A stretch of 64,000 nt of DNA from Acetobacter sp. 46_36 (GTDB lineage: Bacteria; Pseudomonadota; Alphaproteobacteria; RF32; CAG-239), in NCBI GenBank assembly GCA_001917135.1, contig MNTT01000014.1:73620-137619 (forward strand), read 5' to 3'. The first letter of the stretch is position 1. Each line of letters opens with the position of its first letter. This document shows, piece by piece, positions 39,563 to 49,341 of this stretch. The position numbers and the translations under genes are program-made. The notes under the pieces were generated by a model that saw only the letters and a program-made list of their open reading frames with translations, ran no database searches and had not been told where the DNA came from.

Positions 39563-40204
39563 TTATGCTCCTTTCAAAGCTTTTATATTGTCAGCATAAG
39601 TGCCGCCGGCAAATATTGAAGTTCCCGCCACCAAAATATCCGCCCCGGCCTGTATGCACAATGGAGCGTTTTCGCGAATGATTCCGCCGTCCGTTTCGAT
39701 AAGGGTTTTGCCGTTTCCGATAATTTCTTTTGTGAATTTGATTCTCTCCGGAGTATCCGGTCTGAACTTTTGCCCGCCGAAACCGGGTTCTACCGCCATG
39801 ACCAGAATCTGGTCAACCATATTCGCAAAAGGTGTCAGTCTGTTAATGTCTGACCCGGGCTTCAGGCTTATACCGGATTTTAAACCGTAATTTTTTATCA
39901 TCTGAATTGCTTTTTCAGGTTCGTCAGTCGCTTCAAGATGAAAAGTGATTATGTCCGCACCGGCTTCGGCATACCATGGAATAAATCTTTCCGGACATGT
40001 AACCATAAGATGAACATCAAACGGCAATTTGGAATAGGATTTCGTTTCTTTTAGAATTTTCGGACCGAAGGTTAGGTTGGGCACAAAGTGTCCGTCCATA
40101 ACGTCAAAGTGGATATAATCGGCTCCTGCACTTTGCAAGGCAGATATTTCTCTTCCGAAATTTGCGCTGTCTGCGGCAAGAATGCTTGGCGCTATTTTAA
40201 CCAT
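39563..40204 (-). CDS. rpe: Ribulose-phosphate 3-epimerase. Start at MVKIAPSIL.
   Basis: Rpe motifs (IAPSILAAD, HFDVMDGHFVPNLTFG, HLMV). Confidence 0.9.
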   Translation of the reverse strand: MVKIAPSILAADSANFGREISALQSAGADYIHFDVMDGHFVPNLTFGPKILKETKSYSKLPFDVHLMVTCPERFIPWYAEAGADIITFHLEATDEPEKAIQMIKNYGLKSGISLKPGSDINRLTPFANMVDQILVMAVEPGFGGQKFRPDTPERIKFTKEIIGNGKTLIETDGGIIRENAPLCIQAGADILVAGTSIFAGGTYADNIKALKGA

Positions 40205-40343
40205 GGTTTTCTCCCGATATTTATTTAGGCCATTGTACGGTGGAAAACTTAACTTGGAGTAAAGATTGGATTTCCGCAGCATTGATATTCCGGCGATTAT
40301 GATTATTTAGAAGATTGTATATAACATATCTGAATAAAAGGAG

Positions 40344-40838
40344 ATGACAATGGGTGAGATGGCTCAAAGAATATCAAAAGTTGATAAGGAAGAATTATTG
40401 AAAATATTGAACTGCGCTTTTGCCGAAGAATGGTTGGCATATTATCAGTATTGGGTTGGGGCAAAAGTTGCCGAAGGGCTGGAACGTCCGAAAGTCGTGA
40501 AAGAATTTATGGAACATGCCGGAGAAGAACTCAAACATGCCGACTGGTTGGCTGAGCGTATTATTCAGCTTGGCGGAACACCGATTCTCGACCCTTCGGA
40601 ATGGAAAGAAAAAGCCCAATGTAAATATGATGCACCGATGAATGCAGATACCAAAGTACTAGTTGCGCAAAATTTAACGGCGGAGCGCTGTGCCGTTGCC
40701 CGTTATGAACAAATATGCGAAATGTGCCAGGGCAAAGATTTTGAAACATTTCGCATTTCCCGCAAGATTTTAAAAGAAGAACTGGAACATGAGCAGGAGA
40801 TGGAGGATTTTGAAGCTGATTTCAAATATTATAAATAA
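40344..40838 (+). CDS. Ferritin-like four-helix-bundle protein (bacterioferritin/Dps-related).
   Basis: Paired E..H diiron-ligand pattern (EELKHADWLAERI ... EELEHEQEM). Confidence 0.6.
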   Translation: MTMGEMAQRISKVDKEELLKILNCAFAEEWLAYYQYWVGAKVAEGLERPKVVKEFMEHAGEELKHADWLAERIIQLGGTPILDPSEWKEKAQCKYDAPMNADTKVLVAQNLTAERCAVARYEQICEMCQGKDFETFRISRKILKEELEHEQEMEDFEADFKYYK

Positions 40839-40857
40839 TGGGTTATAACCTATTGTT

Positions 40858-40900
40858 AACCTCTTAATGTTATTTTCGTAACATTAAGAGGTTTTGTTTT
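40858..40900 (+). terminator. Strong rho-independent terminator after the ferritin-like gene.
   Basis: Perfect 15-bp stem AACCTCTTAATGTTA-TTTTCG-TAACATTAAGAGGTT followed by TTGTTTT. Confidence 0.7.
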
Positions 40901-40916
40901 CGGAGGAGAATGCCGT

Positions 40917-41822
40917 ATGCCGGACAAAGAACTGAAAAAACTGATACAACGCTGGACCGAATGGTTGAGAACGCAGCGAAACTATTCTTCCCATACCATT
41001 CAGAGCTATTTAAGTGATTTGGAAATATTTCTTGAATATCTGGCAAAGGAAAAGGTAACCGTATCAGATTTAAAAAAACTTGATATTCGAGCCTTCCGTA
41101 ATTTTTTCAGCCTTCGTGCCAAACGGGGGATAAGAAGAACCTCTATAGCCCGTGAAGAATCATCGGTACGAAATTTTTTCAAATGGCTTGATGATTGTGG
41201 GGTAATGTGCAATACTGCAATTTTCCAAATATCAACGCCGAAACTCCCTAAAATTCTGCCGCGGGCTTTAGATGTGAATACGACGTTTGAAGTCATTGAT
41301 GAAGCAGCGCAGGGATGCAGCGAACCATGGCTTGGCGTTCGCGATATGGCAATATTTACTCTGCTGTATGGGGGTGGATTGCGTATTTCGGAAGCTCTGT
41401 CGCTGAATGTGGAAGATGTGACACAGCATGGAGATTTTATAAAAATTCGCGGCAAAGGTAACAAAGACCGCTATGTCCCGATATTGCCGATTGTTATAGA
41501 ACGGATAGAAGCCTACAAAAAATGCTGTCCTTATCGGCTGCGTCCGGAAGATGCTCTGTTTCTCGGGGCAAAAGGGGAAAGAATCAGTCCTCGAATCATC
41601 CAAAGGAAGTTACAGAAAATTCGTATGAAATTAAATCTTCCTGACAACATAACGCCTCATGCTCTGCGGCATTCCTTCGCCACGCATTTGCTGGCTCAGG
41701 GTTCGGATTTACGCTCAATACAGGAATTGCTGGGACATGCGTCGCTAAGTTCGACTCAACGTTATACCGATGTCAATTTGGAAAAAATTCAGAAGGAATA
41801 TAAAAAAGCGTTTCCGAATTAA
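40917..41822 (+). CDS. XerC/XerD-family site-specific tyrosine recombinase.
   Basis: R..HxxR..Y catalytic tetrad (HALRHSFATHLL, LGHASLSSTQRYTDV); chromosomal Xer-sized at 301 aa. Confidence 0.85.
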   Translation: MPDKELKKLIQRWTEWLRTQRNYSSHTIQSYLSDLEIFLEYLAKEKVTVSDLKKLDIRAFRNFFSLRAKRGIRRTSIAREESSVRNFFKWLDDCGVMCNTAIFQISTPKLPKILPRALDVNTTFEVIDEAAQGCSEPWLGVRDMAIFTLLYGGGLRISEALSLNVEDVTQHGDFIKIRGKGNKDRYVPILPIVIERIEAYKKCCPYRLRPEDALFLGAKGERISPRIIQRKLQKIRMKLNLPDNITPHALRHSFATHLLAQGSDLRSIQELLGHASLSSTQRYTDVNLEKIQKEYKKAFPN

Positions 41823-41894
41823 TGCCGGTATATGCGCCATGTAGATGCATAAGGGCAGAAATTTTATAAAAATATTTCAATCGGTAAAACAACA

Positions 41895-41921
41895 AAAAAG
41901 ATGCCTGAAAAGGCATCTTTT
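41895..41921. terminator. Bidirectional terminator between convergent xer gene and rpmG.
   Basis: Perfect hairpin AAAAGATGCC-TGAAAA-GGCATCTTTT with A/T runs on both sides. Confidence 0.65.
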
Positions 41922-41946
41922 AAAACATAAGTCAAACAGTCCGAAA

Positions 41947-42114
41947 TTACTTCAATTTCTTTTCAACAAACTCTTCGTGCTTTTTAGACTTTTTATCATA
42001 CTTTTTCATTACCAGCTTTTCAGGATGAGTTCTTGGATTCTTTTCAGCAAGATAAAAAGTACCTGTTCCGGCACTGCTCTCCAATTTTACTTTTACTTTT
42101 ACTGCTTTTGCCAT
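41947..42114 (-). CDS. rpmG: 50S ribosomal protein L33. Absent from the ORF track because it is below the cut-off.
   Basis: Manual translation: MAKAVKVKVKLESSAGTGTFYLAEKNPRTHPEKLVMKKYDKKSKKHEEFVEKKLK. Confidence 0.85.
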   Translation of the reverse strand: MAKAVKVKVKLESSAGTGTFYLAEKNPRTHPEKLVMKKYDKKSKKHEEFVEKKLK

Positions 42115-42198
42115 TATTTTACTCTTATAAATTCAAGGTTAAACACAAAAAACTTTACACGCACTATACAGTTATTATATTTAATGTCAACAAGAATT

Positions 42199-43239
42199 TT
42201 AGCCGAAGTTCTTTTTTATCAGGTTGATGGCAATTTGAATATCTTTTGCCGAATTGGTGCTGTCGGGAGAAATGCAGCTGTTGTTTATACCGGTACATAT
42301 CTGCGGCGTCAGGCCGTCTTTTTCAAGAGATTTTCCCGACGGTGTATAAAAATGTCCGCTGGTTAAAAATAATATCCGGTCTTTAATCCGGTAAGTACTC
42401 TGAATGCTGTTTTTCCCGTAAGTCCTTGTTCCGATGAGAGTGGCTCTGCTTTGTTCGCTTAAAGCGGCGGCGACAAGCTCAGCGGCAGATGCCGTGGTCC
42501 TGCCGGTCAACACGGCAATAGGCTTTCCTTTCAGAATATCTCCCGGAGTCGCCGTATAATATCTTTTCTGGTTATCCTTTCCCTGGCTGTAGGCAATAAT
42601 TGTGCTGTCCAGAAACAGGTCAGCCGTTCGCAGTGCTTCATTAAAGCTGCCGCCTCTGCATTCTCGCAAATCAAAAATCAATCCTGAATTATGCGGAAAT
42701 GCCGTAGCGACAGTTTGGATTTTTTGAGATATTCCCTCAAAAAAAGCAGTTGGCCTTACATAAAGGATATTGTTCCGCTTGTCGTATCTGATATCAAGCT
42801 CGGCAGAGGGCAGGTCATCAATCCGCGAATAAATGTCAAGATTGTCGGCCATCGTTTTTAAGATTCGGGTTTCAAGCTCGGATTCCCTGCCGCCAAGTTT
42901 GTCCGAACGCTGTGCGCTTGTTGTCAGAACACTGGTGAGAAGTTCCTGCCATAACACCGGGTTTTGATTTTCCCGGGGGAGTTCAAAAATGCCTATCAGG
43001 TTATTGTTTTCATAAAGGAAGGCCTGTGAATCGTTATTATAAAACCTTAGATTCTCGTCAAAATCAGATAAAGTTTTTAAGCTCGTTAAAGCGATATTTT
43101 TCAAATTTGTTTCATTAACGTAATCATTTTCCAAAACGGAAAAAAGCCTGTTGATTTTAGTAAATTCGTATGCGCTGGCATTAACAGCATTTAATAAAAA
43201 GAATAACAGTAAAAAAAAGGCCGTTTTTTTCATTTTCAT
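42199..43239 (-). CDS. S41-family C-terminal processing peptidase (CtpA-like), secreted.
   Basis: Signal peptide; S41 catalytic region (VLTGRTTASAAELVAAAL ... K). Confidence 0.75.
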   Translation of the reverse strand: MKMKKTAFFLLLFFLLNAVNASAYEFTKINRLFSVLENDYVNETNLKNIALTSLKTLSDFDENLRFYNNDSQAFLYENNNLIGIFELPRENQNPVLWQELLTSVLTTSAQRSDKLGGRESELETRILKTMADNLDIYSRIDDLPSAELDIRYDKRNNILYVRPTAFFEGISQKIQTVATAFPHNSGLIFDLRECRGGSFNEALRTADLFLDSTIIAYSQGKDNQKRYYTATPGDILKGKPIAVLTGRTTASAAELVAAALSEQSRATLIGTRTYGKNSIQSTYRIKDRILFLTSGHFYTPSGKSLEKDGLTPQICTGINNSCISPDSTNSAKDIQIAINLIKKNFG

Positions 43240-44030
43240 TTTCCAAATTCAGCAACCAGTGCCGTATGGTCAGAAGGTTTGTCCATACTGCGCAACGATT
43301 TGTCTGCACCGCATGTAACCAATTGTTCGGCAAATTGGGCTGTGATGAACAGATAATCTATTCTTAAACCGGAATTGGTTACAAAAGAGTTAGCAGTATA
43401 ATCCCAAAAGGTGAATCCTTCCGCCTGAGGGTGCAAAAGCCGAAAAGCATCGTGGTAACCGGAAAACTGCAAAGCTTTTATTTTATCCCAGACTTCCTTT
43501 CTGTACAATGGGCTGTTTTTAAAGCGGCTGCCGTCAAAAACGTCAATATCCTGCATCATAACGTTAAAGTCTCCGCCGATGACAACCGGGTATCCTGTTT
43601 TCTTTAAATAAAGCGCCCGTCTGTTGAACATGTCAAACCAATGGAGTTTATAAGCCAGTTTTGCTTGTTCGGTCTTCTTGTCCGGGGAACATCCGTTTGG
43701 AGCATATACGGATGCTGCATAAAAAGGCTTCTCAGGATGCCGGATAAATACTTCCAGATAGCGGGAGGCTGCATCTTCCTGAAAGTCAGGCAGGTTGCGC
43801 GAGGTAATGTCAAAATCGTATTTGCTCAGAATGGCAACGCCGTTATAGCTTTTTTGTCCGAGCGCGGTAGCCTTATAGCCCAGACTTTCGCATTCAAAAT
43901 ATAAAAAATTTTCCGTTTCGCATTTTATCTCTTGTAAAAAGACGATATCGGGCTGGCTTGTTTGCAGCCATTTGCACAGATTGGCACCCCGGGCCTTGAT
44001 TGAATTGACGTTATATGTTGCTATTTTCAT
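43236..44030 (-). CDS. xthA: Exodeoxyribonuclease III.
   Basis: ExoIII/APE1 family motifs (MKIATYNVNS, LQE, GDFN, PSDHTALVAEF). Confidence 0.9.
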   Translation of the reverse strand: MKIATYNVNSIKARGANLCKWLQTSQPDIVFLQEIKCETENFLYFECESLGYKATALGQKSYNGVAILSKYDFDITSRNLPDFQEDAASRYLEVFIRHPEKPFYAASVYAPNGCSPDKKTEQAKLAYKLHWFDMFNRRALYLKKTGYPVVIGGDFNVMMQDIDVFDGSRFKNSPLYRKEVWDKIKALQFSGYHDAFRLLHPQAEGFTFWDYTANSFVTNSGLRIDYLFITAQFAEQLVTCGADKSLRSMDKPSDHTALVAEFGK

Positions 44031-44182
44031 TTTCTATGCCTATTTAAATTTCGCTTACGAAACTTTAACCGATATAATATTAAATGATTGTAAATATATT
44101 TCGGTTTATAATATTTTTAAGCGGATTGGAATAAGCCGGCCGTAAAATGGCGGAACGGCAGTTGCGATAGGGGAATGGATAT

Positions 44183-45136
44183 ATGTTGCTGGGTTTTACA
44201 AATCCTGATAATGATACGAACGATTTTCACCAGCGGGTAGCTGACCAGAATATACAGAGTTTGGAAGACCGCCAGGAAGAGATACGTCATGCCAAAAACG
44301 GTTTTATTGGAATGTTGGCAGGTATTGTTGTTGGCGGAGTCGTAGGCTGGCTTTTTCTGGGGCCTGCGGACAACATGAATAAAGAACGCGCAATCCCTGT
44401 TATCAGACGTCCGTTTACTCCGGCAAAGGTGCTGCCCAATGACCCCGGCGGAATGGAAATTGACAATCAGGATCGCGAAATTTACCATATAGTCGATAAT
44501 ACGCCAAAACCGTCAGGCGAGGTTAATATTCGCCCTGCGCCGGATATGCCGAAACTTGTTGTTGAAAACACATTGCCTCCGTCGGAAGCCATGGACAGTT
44601 TAGTTGAAAGCATTGATGGGGACGACAGTCTGAATAAGGTTGAAACGGAATTGGATAATGCAGGTCAGGGAAATATCAAATTGGCGACGGCCGAATTGTC
44701 TGCAATAAAGACCAACAGCCGGGAAAAAGTAGCTATACCGGAAAAAATTAAAGATATAGAAGTGACATTGCAAAAGAGCATAAATTCTCAAAAACAGAAA
44801 CTTTCAGACGGTGAAACGGAAAAAGCTCTGGCAGAAAAAGGTACAAAACCTGCCGAAAACCAAAAAACAGAAAAGGCAGTCTTTGCCAAAGGGACATGGT
44901 ATGCCCAGATTATAGCCTCTTCCAGCCGCAAAGCTGTCCAGTCGCTCTGGAATAATCTGTCGGCCAAACATACGTTTTTGAAAAGCTATCCGTATGAAAT
45001 AGAAGAAATTAAAGCTGCCAACGGCAATACGCTGTATCGCTTGAAGGTCGGTGTTTTCAAAACCCGCGAAGAGGCAGCAGCATTGGGCAGCCGATTGAAA
45101 AAGAACCAGATAAGCAGCATTATCAAACAAAATTAG
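44183..45136 (+). CDS. SPOR-domain cell-division-associated protein (one TM helix, C-terminal SPOR).
   Basis: TM helix GMLAGIVVGGVVGWLFL; C-terminal SPOR-like region (YAQIIASSSRKAV...YRLKVGVFKTREEAAALGSRLK). Confidence 0.7.
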   Translation: MLLGFTNPDNDTNDFHQRVADQNIQSLEDRQEEIRHAKNGFIGMLAGIVVGGVVGWLFLGPADNMNKERAIPVIRRPFTPAKVLPNDPGGMEIDNQDREIYHIVDNTPKPSGEVNIRPAPDMPKLVVENTLPPSEAMDSLVESIDGDDSLNKVETELDNAGQGNIKLATAELSAIKTNSREKVAIPEKIKDIEVTLQKSINSQKQKLSDGETEKALAEKGTKPAENQKTEKAVFAKGTWYAQIIASSSRKAVQSLWNNLSAKHTFLKSYPYEIEEIKAANGNTLYRLKVGVFKTREEAAALGSRLKKNQISSIIKQN

Positions 45137-45143
45137 GAAAAAT

Positions 45144-46211
45144 ATGACTAAACCAATTTTAGCGGCAATGTTATCATGCGAGGGCTTGACTCTTACCGAA
45201 GAGGAAAAAAAGCTTTTTGCGGAATATAATCCGCTTGGCGTCAGCTTATTTGCGCGTAATTTTAAATCAAAACAACAGGCTAAAAATCTGATAGATGAAA
45301 TACGCGAAACGATCGGACGGGACGATGTCTTGATTGCGGTTGACGAGGAAGGAGGCCGCGTTTCCCGGCTGGCAAATGCCGGATTCCCCGTCTATACCTC
45401 GGCAGAAACGCTGGGCAGCATAGTAGAAATATGCAGTTGCTGGCATGCGGTTTTGATTTCCAAAAATCTTCGGTCATTGGGAATTAATGTTAATTATGCT
45501 CCGGTCGTAGATAAGAAGACAAATCCGCAAAGCGAAGTTCTGACCAGCAGGTGTTTTAGTGCGGATGAAGAAGAAATAGAAAGCCGTGCCGGTATAATGG
45601 CCGAAACCTATATTGATAACGGAATATGTCCCTGTATCAAACATATTCCGGGGCATTTTTCAACATTGAATGATCCTCATCTGAGCGTCCCGGAAACAGA
45701 ACTGTCCCGTTGGGAAATTGAAAAAAAGACTGCTTATTTGCATTCGTTCAGCAAATTTCCCCTTGCGATGACTTCCCATATATTGTTAAAAAGTTTTGAT
45801 GCGGAATATCCGGCGACACAATCTCCAAAGGTTATTTCCGAATTAATACGCGGATATTTGGAATTTGACGGTTTTCTTTTGAGTGATGCAATTGATATGC
45901 ATGCCTTAAAAGGAACAATTGCTGAAAGGGCATCTCTTAGCATAAGAGCCGGGGTTGATGCCGTTTGCTGTTGTTCGGGACGGATAAAAGACTTAACGGC
46001 GGTCTGCGGCGAACGATGCTTTATGACCGAAAAATCGTTGCAAAGGTATGCCAACATAAAAAAAGTTATTCATAACAAGCCTAAATGTGTTGATGTTAAG
46101 AATATTGAACTGCAATATAAAGAAAAGATTGGCAGTATACTTAATGTGAAATGTTCCTATGATGCAACTGAAGTATTGCATCAAATGTTGAAGAAAGGAG
46201 AAAGTTTATGA
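45144..46211 (+). CDS. nagZ: Beta-N-acetylhexosaminidase NagZ (GH3).
   Basis: GH3 N-terminal domain motifs (IAVDEEGGRVSRL, KHIPGHF). Confidence 0.85.
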   Translation: MTKPILAAMLSCEGLTLTEEEKKLFAEYNPLGVSLFARNFKSKQQAKNLIDEIRETIGRDDVLIAVDEEGGRVSRLANAGFPVYTSAETLGSIVEICSCWHAVLISKNLRSLGINVNYAPVVDKKTNPQSEVLTSRCFSADEEEIESRAGIMAETYIDNGICPCIKHIPGHFSTLNDPHLSVPETELSRWEIEKKTAYLHSFSKFPLAMTSHILLKSFDAEYPATQSPKVISELIRGYLEFDGFLLSDAIDMHALKGTIAERASLSIRAGVDAVCCCSGRIKDLTAVCGERCFMTEKSLQRYANIKKVIHNKPKCVDVKNIELQYKEKIGSILNVKCSYDATEVLHQMLKKGESL

Positions 46212-46432
46212 TATGGGTCTTAGTGGCAATTATTGTAATTGCTATATATAATGCGGAAAGGCTGCCGCATTTGATGAATAAAATAAAAGATGAAGTTCCT
46301 CATCTGGTTGAGGCCGGAAAGAAGGCTTCAAAAGAAATAAAAGAGAAGGCTCAGGCCGCGCACCAGGAAAAAAGTTCCGGAAAAAAGGAAAAGACAGTAG
46401 TGCCTGAAAATACATCGGAAGATAAAGAATAA
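46208..46432 (+). CDS. Small single-TM protein with weak TatA/E-like layout (TM then amphipathic K/E-rich tail).
   Basis: VLVAIIVIAIYNAERLPHLMNKIKDE resembles the TatA TM plus hinge but lacks the canonical FG-KKLP. Confidence 0.3.
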   Translation: MIWVLVAIIVIAIYNAERLPHLMNKIKDEVPHLVEAGKKASKEIKEKAQAAHQEKSSGKKEKTVVPENTSEDKE

Positions 46433-46438
46433 TCCAAA

Positions 46439-46467
46439 GCCGCCGTTATGGCGGCTCTTTTATATTA
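46439..46467 (+). terminator. Rho-independent terminator.
   Basis: AGCCGCC-GTTAT-GGCGGCT hairpin followed by CTTTTAT. Confidence 0.6.
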
Positions 46468-46520
46468 TAGCTGACATTTAAATCAGCTATCCAAACCGAG
46501 TAACCGCTAAATTCAGTTAA

Positions 46521-47498
46521 TTACTTAAGTGCAGGAATGTTCAGTTGCGCAAAGTGTCCGGGCTTTATTTTAACTGTAGCATAACGCAAATTGTCCGTTT
46601 CTATCATATATTCTTCACGCCCGGTAAGTTGCGCAGCCAGCTTATAAAAATCTCTGCCGTTTAGTTCCTGTTTATACCAATTCATCAGATAAAAAACACA
46701 GGCCTGGCTTTTATCTGTAAGGCCGCAGCGCGGACGCCCCGAAGGTACGTCCGGATTGGTTACGACACCTTCCAATCCGTAGTTTTCAACCTTTTGCGAC
46801 GAAAACATTGCTTTTCCGGTAAATAAACCGATAATAAGGCATAAACCTGATGCAATAAACAGCAGCTTCTTTTTTACATAACTTCCGTTGTCTGCATATG
46901 TGTCTTCAATATCTTCATCGACACCATAATCAAGCTCCGGCGGCAATCCGTCAAGAATATAAGAACTGTCATATTCTGCGCCGGCTGTCAGATTTTGGGC
47001 ATCAACGGCCTTAATAATTTCCGTGCTTTGTTTAAGTTCTTCATGCAAGTCGTTCTCCAGTACGCCGGAAACTTCGCTGCGTGACTCAATGTCTGTCGAC
47101 GCTGAGCTTTCCCTCGCCGGAGCGTTGTCTGCAGAACTTTCTGTCTGCTCTTTTGCATTTGAGTTGGGGGTTATTTTAGTTTCTGTCTCTGTCGGAAGAT
47201 GGGGAGCTCCATTTGTACCTGATGCCGGAAATTCTGTGCCGGTATATCCGGCAGCCGGAGATACTGAAATATTTCCGACCGTATTTTCTGACAGTATTGC
47301 CGCTTGTGGCATTATTTTGGCCGGGGCGGCCGGAATATCAGACATAGGGCGAATTTTAGGACGCTTTATTTTTCTGAGCTTCGGACGAAAAGCCGGAACA
47401 GCATCTGAAACATTGTTACCCGCATCATTCTGCGGCACAGATGCTGAAGTTGCCGCTGGATTGTTTGTAATTAAACTGTCCAAACTGTCATCTTCCAT
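46521..47498 (-). CDS. Hypothetical bitopic membrane protein: about 210-aa disordered P/S/T/A/E-rich cytoplasmic region, one TM helix, about 100-aa periplasmic domain with 2 Cys.
   Basis: TM LLFIASGLCLIIGLF; no recognisable family; last gene of the secretin-containing cluster. Confidence 0.5.
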   Translation of the reverse strand: MEDDSLDSLITNNPAATSASVPQNDAGNNVSDAVPAFRPKLRKIKRPKIRPMSDIPAAPAKIMPQAAILSENTVGNISVSPAAGYTGTEFPASGTNGAPHLPTETETKITPNSNAKEQTESSADNAPARESSASTDIESRSEVSGVLENDLHEELKQSTEIIKAVDAQNLTAGAEYDSSYILDGLPPELDYGVDEDIEDTYADNGSYVKKKLLFIASGLCLIIGLFTGKAMFSSQKVENYGLEGVVTNPDVPSGRPRCGLTDKSQACVFYLMNWYKQELNGRDFYKLAAQLTGREEYMIETDNLRYATVKIKPGHFAQLNIPALK

Positions 47499-47510
47499 TT
47501 GCTTTCCCCG

Positions 47511-48800
47511 TTAAATTCTGTTTTTAATTTTTTCGTCAGTCTTCAGCATTCTGACTAATCTTGGTACGATATAAACAATCGTTTCGGTTCCCTGTGCCGC
47601 TGGGCCGAAGATTTCGCTGGGCAGCCCGATAATAAGAAAGTTTTCACCAAGTTTGTTGCGTACCTTAAATTTGGTAATTTCTCCCTCCGTCGTATCCAGC
47701 GTAATTTCAGAATATATACGGTTATTCTTTTCCATTCCCGCTTTAGCCAGAATTGACAGCGGATATTCCATATTATCATGTTTTCCGCAGCGTCCTACGT
47801 CAAAACGGGAAAACCAGCGGGTCGGAACAATGAAACGCCCTTCTGAAATATCTTGGACAGTGGCGTATTTGCCAACGAATTTTCGCAGCTGCTCCAGCGA
47901 AATGTCATTCGTAACGGTCAAGATTCTGCCGATAACTCCGGTTTGAGCCGTTGCAATGCTGCCGAATTTAAAATCCTTCAACAAATCGTTCCAAACCACG
48001 CCGCAAGGCTCTTTAGCAATCACTCTGAAAACGCTGACATCATACATAATCATTGTCGGGTTGTCTTCAAAGTCATTAATCAGCTCGTTAATCTTATCAA
48101 TAGTTTCCAAATTGGTTTCAAATGTTATGGTATAATCCCGCCAATTGGTAACCATATCCGTAATTCCCGTTCCGCGCAAAACGTCCAAAAAACCGAGCAT
48201 AAGCGTTCTGGAGTTTGGTGCGTAAAGGGTAAAGCTTGCTCTTCTGCTTAAAATAAGAGAGTTTGTTTTAGCATCATAACGGTAAAACAAATCCGCCGAG
48301 TGGGATACCATCTCAACGACTTCTTTAAAACTGCCGTTCAAATTTTTGCCATAAAGCGCCGGATAAGGAGCGTCTTTGGCAACAAGTGTGATACCGGCTT
48401 CCTCTGTCAGCTTAAATAAAGCCTGCTCGGCTGGGATGTTGTCAAACGTAAAATTCCTCACCTCAAATTCAGGCAGAGCATCATTTACGTCATTGCGGTC
48501 AATTCGGAAAGATACATTGTTGTGCGGAAGAATCTGTACCATTTCCTGCGTCTTCCAATTAACATTGCAGCGCAGCGGCGTTTCTAAATCCAAATCATTG
48601 GCGCGAAACGTTGTCCGCAGCATATAAGGATTTTCTTGCGGTAAAATCATAAAATTATCCGTAGCGCTTCCGTTTACGGTCGTATTGGTAATAACCGTTT
48701 CTCCGTCGCTTTGATAAGCGTTGCAGGAAATAACCGCCAGCAGAGAAAGCAATAAAAAATATCCTTTTTTAAATTTGAAAAAACTAAATTTATTCATCAT
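47511..48800 (-). CDS. Secretin-like outer-membrane lipoprotein (PF00263-like C-terminal half). Start at MMNKFSFF; lipobox LAVISC. Track ORF extends to 48935.
   Basis: Secretin-domain entry motif IMYDVSVFRVIAKEPCGVVW (compare Q-V-L-I-E-A-x-I-x-E-V...LGV-W). C-terminal TETIVYIVPRLV resembles the secretin terminal E-L-x-I-F-I-T-P-x-I-V. Lipoprotein signal peptide. Confidence 0.45.
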   Translation of the reverse strand: MMNKFSFFKFKKGYFLLLSLLAVISCNAYQSDGETVITNTTVNGSATDNFMILPQENPYMLRTTFRANDLDLETPLRCNVNWKTQEMVQILPHNNVSFRIDRNDVNDALPEFEVRNFTFDNIPAEQALFKLTEEAGITLVAKDAPYPALYGKNLNGSFKEVVEMVSHSADLFYRYDAKTNSLILSRRASFTLYAPNSRTLMLGFLDVLRGTGITDMVTNWRDYTITFETNLETIDKINELINDFEDNPTMIMYDVSVFRVIAKEPCGVVWNDLLKDFKFGSIATAQTGVIGRILTVTNDISLEQLRKFVGKYATVQDISEGRFIVPTRWFSRFDVGRCGKHDNMEYPLSILAKAGMEKNNRIYSEITLDTTEGEITKFKVRNKLGENFLIIGLPSEIFGPAAQGTETIVYIVPRLVRMLKTDEKIKNRI

Positions 48801-49287
48801 TTTCTTCTTTCTTCTGGATAATTTTTTCCTGTTCAGCCATGAGCTTGGCCACGACGTCATCAATGCTCTGTCCGGCTCCCTTTGTCGGATCATCTGATTG
48901 GTCGGTAAAACCGCCGAAAGCGTCTTTTGCCGCACTCAAATCCGCTTCTTTTTTCGCAGCCATATCAACGGAAGAGTTTCTTTCCAGTTCCTGCTTATAT
49001 AAACTTAGATTTTTTTCCAGTGCAGCAACGCCGCCCTTAATTTTTTTTTCAACATACGGGTGGAGCTCTTTGTGTTCAATAATATAATCTCCGGTTTCGC
49101 ATAATTCATTTAAGACATCAATAATATAAGGGTAAAAAGGATAATCCTCCACGGCAATGTTTCCCATACGGATACACCGAGCCGCAATTCTCGACACTGT
49201 ACGGTCATAATAATCCCGTATCAGAACATAATTATCTATATACCAAAGCGATTCCTTTGTTACTGAAATTTCATCATTGTCTGCCAT
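48790..49287 (-). CDS. Hypothetical 165-aa cytoplasmic protein (globular N-half, acidic C-half).
   Basis: ORF only; positioned between the acidic giant protein and the secretin-like gene. Confidence 0.45.
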   Translation of the reverse strand: MADNDEISVTKESLWYIDNYVLIRDYYDRTVSRIAARCIRMGNIAVEDYPFYPYIIDVLNELCETGDYIIEHKELHPYVEKKIKGGVAALEKNLSLYKQELERNSSVDMAAKKEADLSAAKDAFGGFTDQSDDPTKGAGQSIDDVVAKLMAEQEKIIQKKEENDE

Positions 49288-49341
49288 GGCATTACCCTCC
49301 GTTTCCTAACGCTAAAGGAAAGAATAGTCTTTGTAAATAGT

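Noticed and set aside
40917-41822. Tyrosine recombinase as marker of an integrated mobile element
   Set aside because: Xer-sized (301 aa) with housekeeping neighbours (ferritin-like, rpmG, ctpA, xthA). No flanking direct repeats, tRNA or phage genes are seen; most likely chromosomal xerC/xerD.
41845-42366. 173-aa plus-strand ORF
   Set aside because: Antisense to the clearly recognisable rpmG (L33) gene and to the S41 peptidase 3' end; low-complexity translation.
46208-46432. Confident TatA call
   Set aside because: TM plus amphipathic tail fits, but the hallmark F-G-x-K-K-L-P hinge is replaced by YNAERLP; left as a low-confidence TatA-like small membrane protein.
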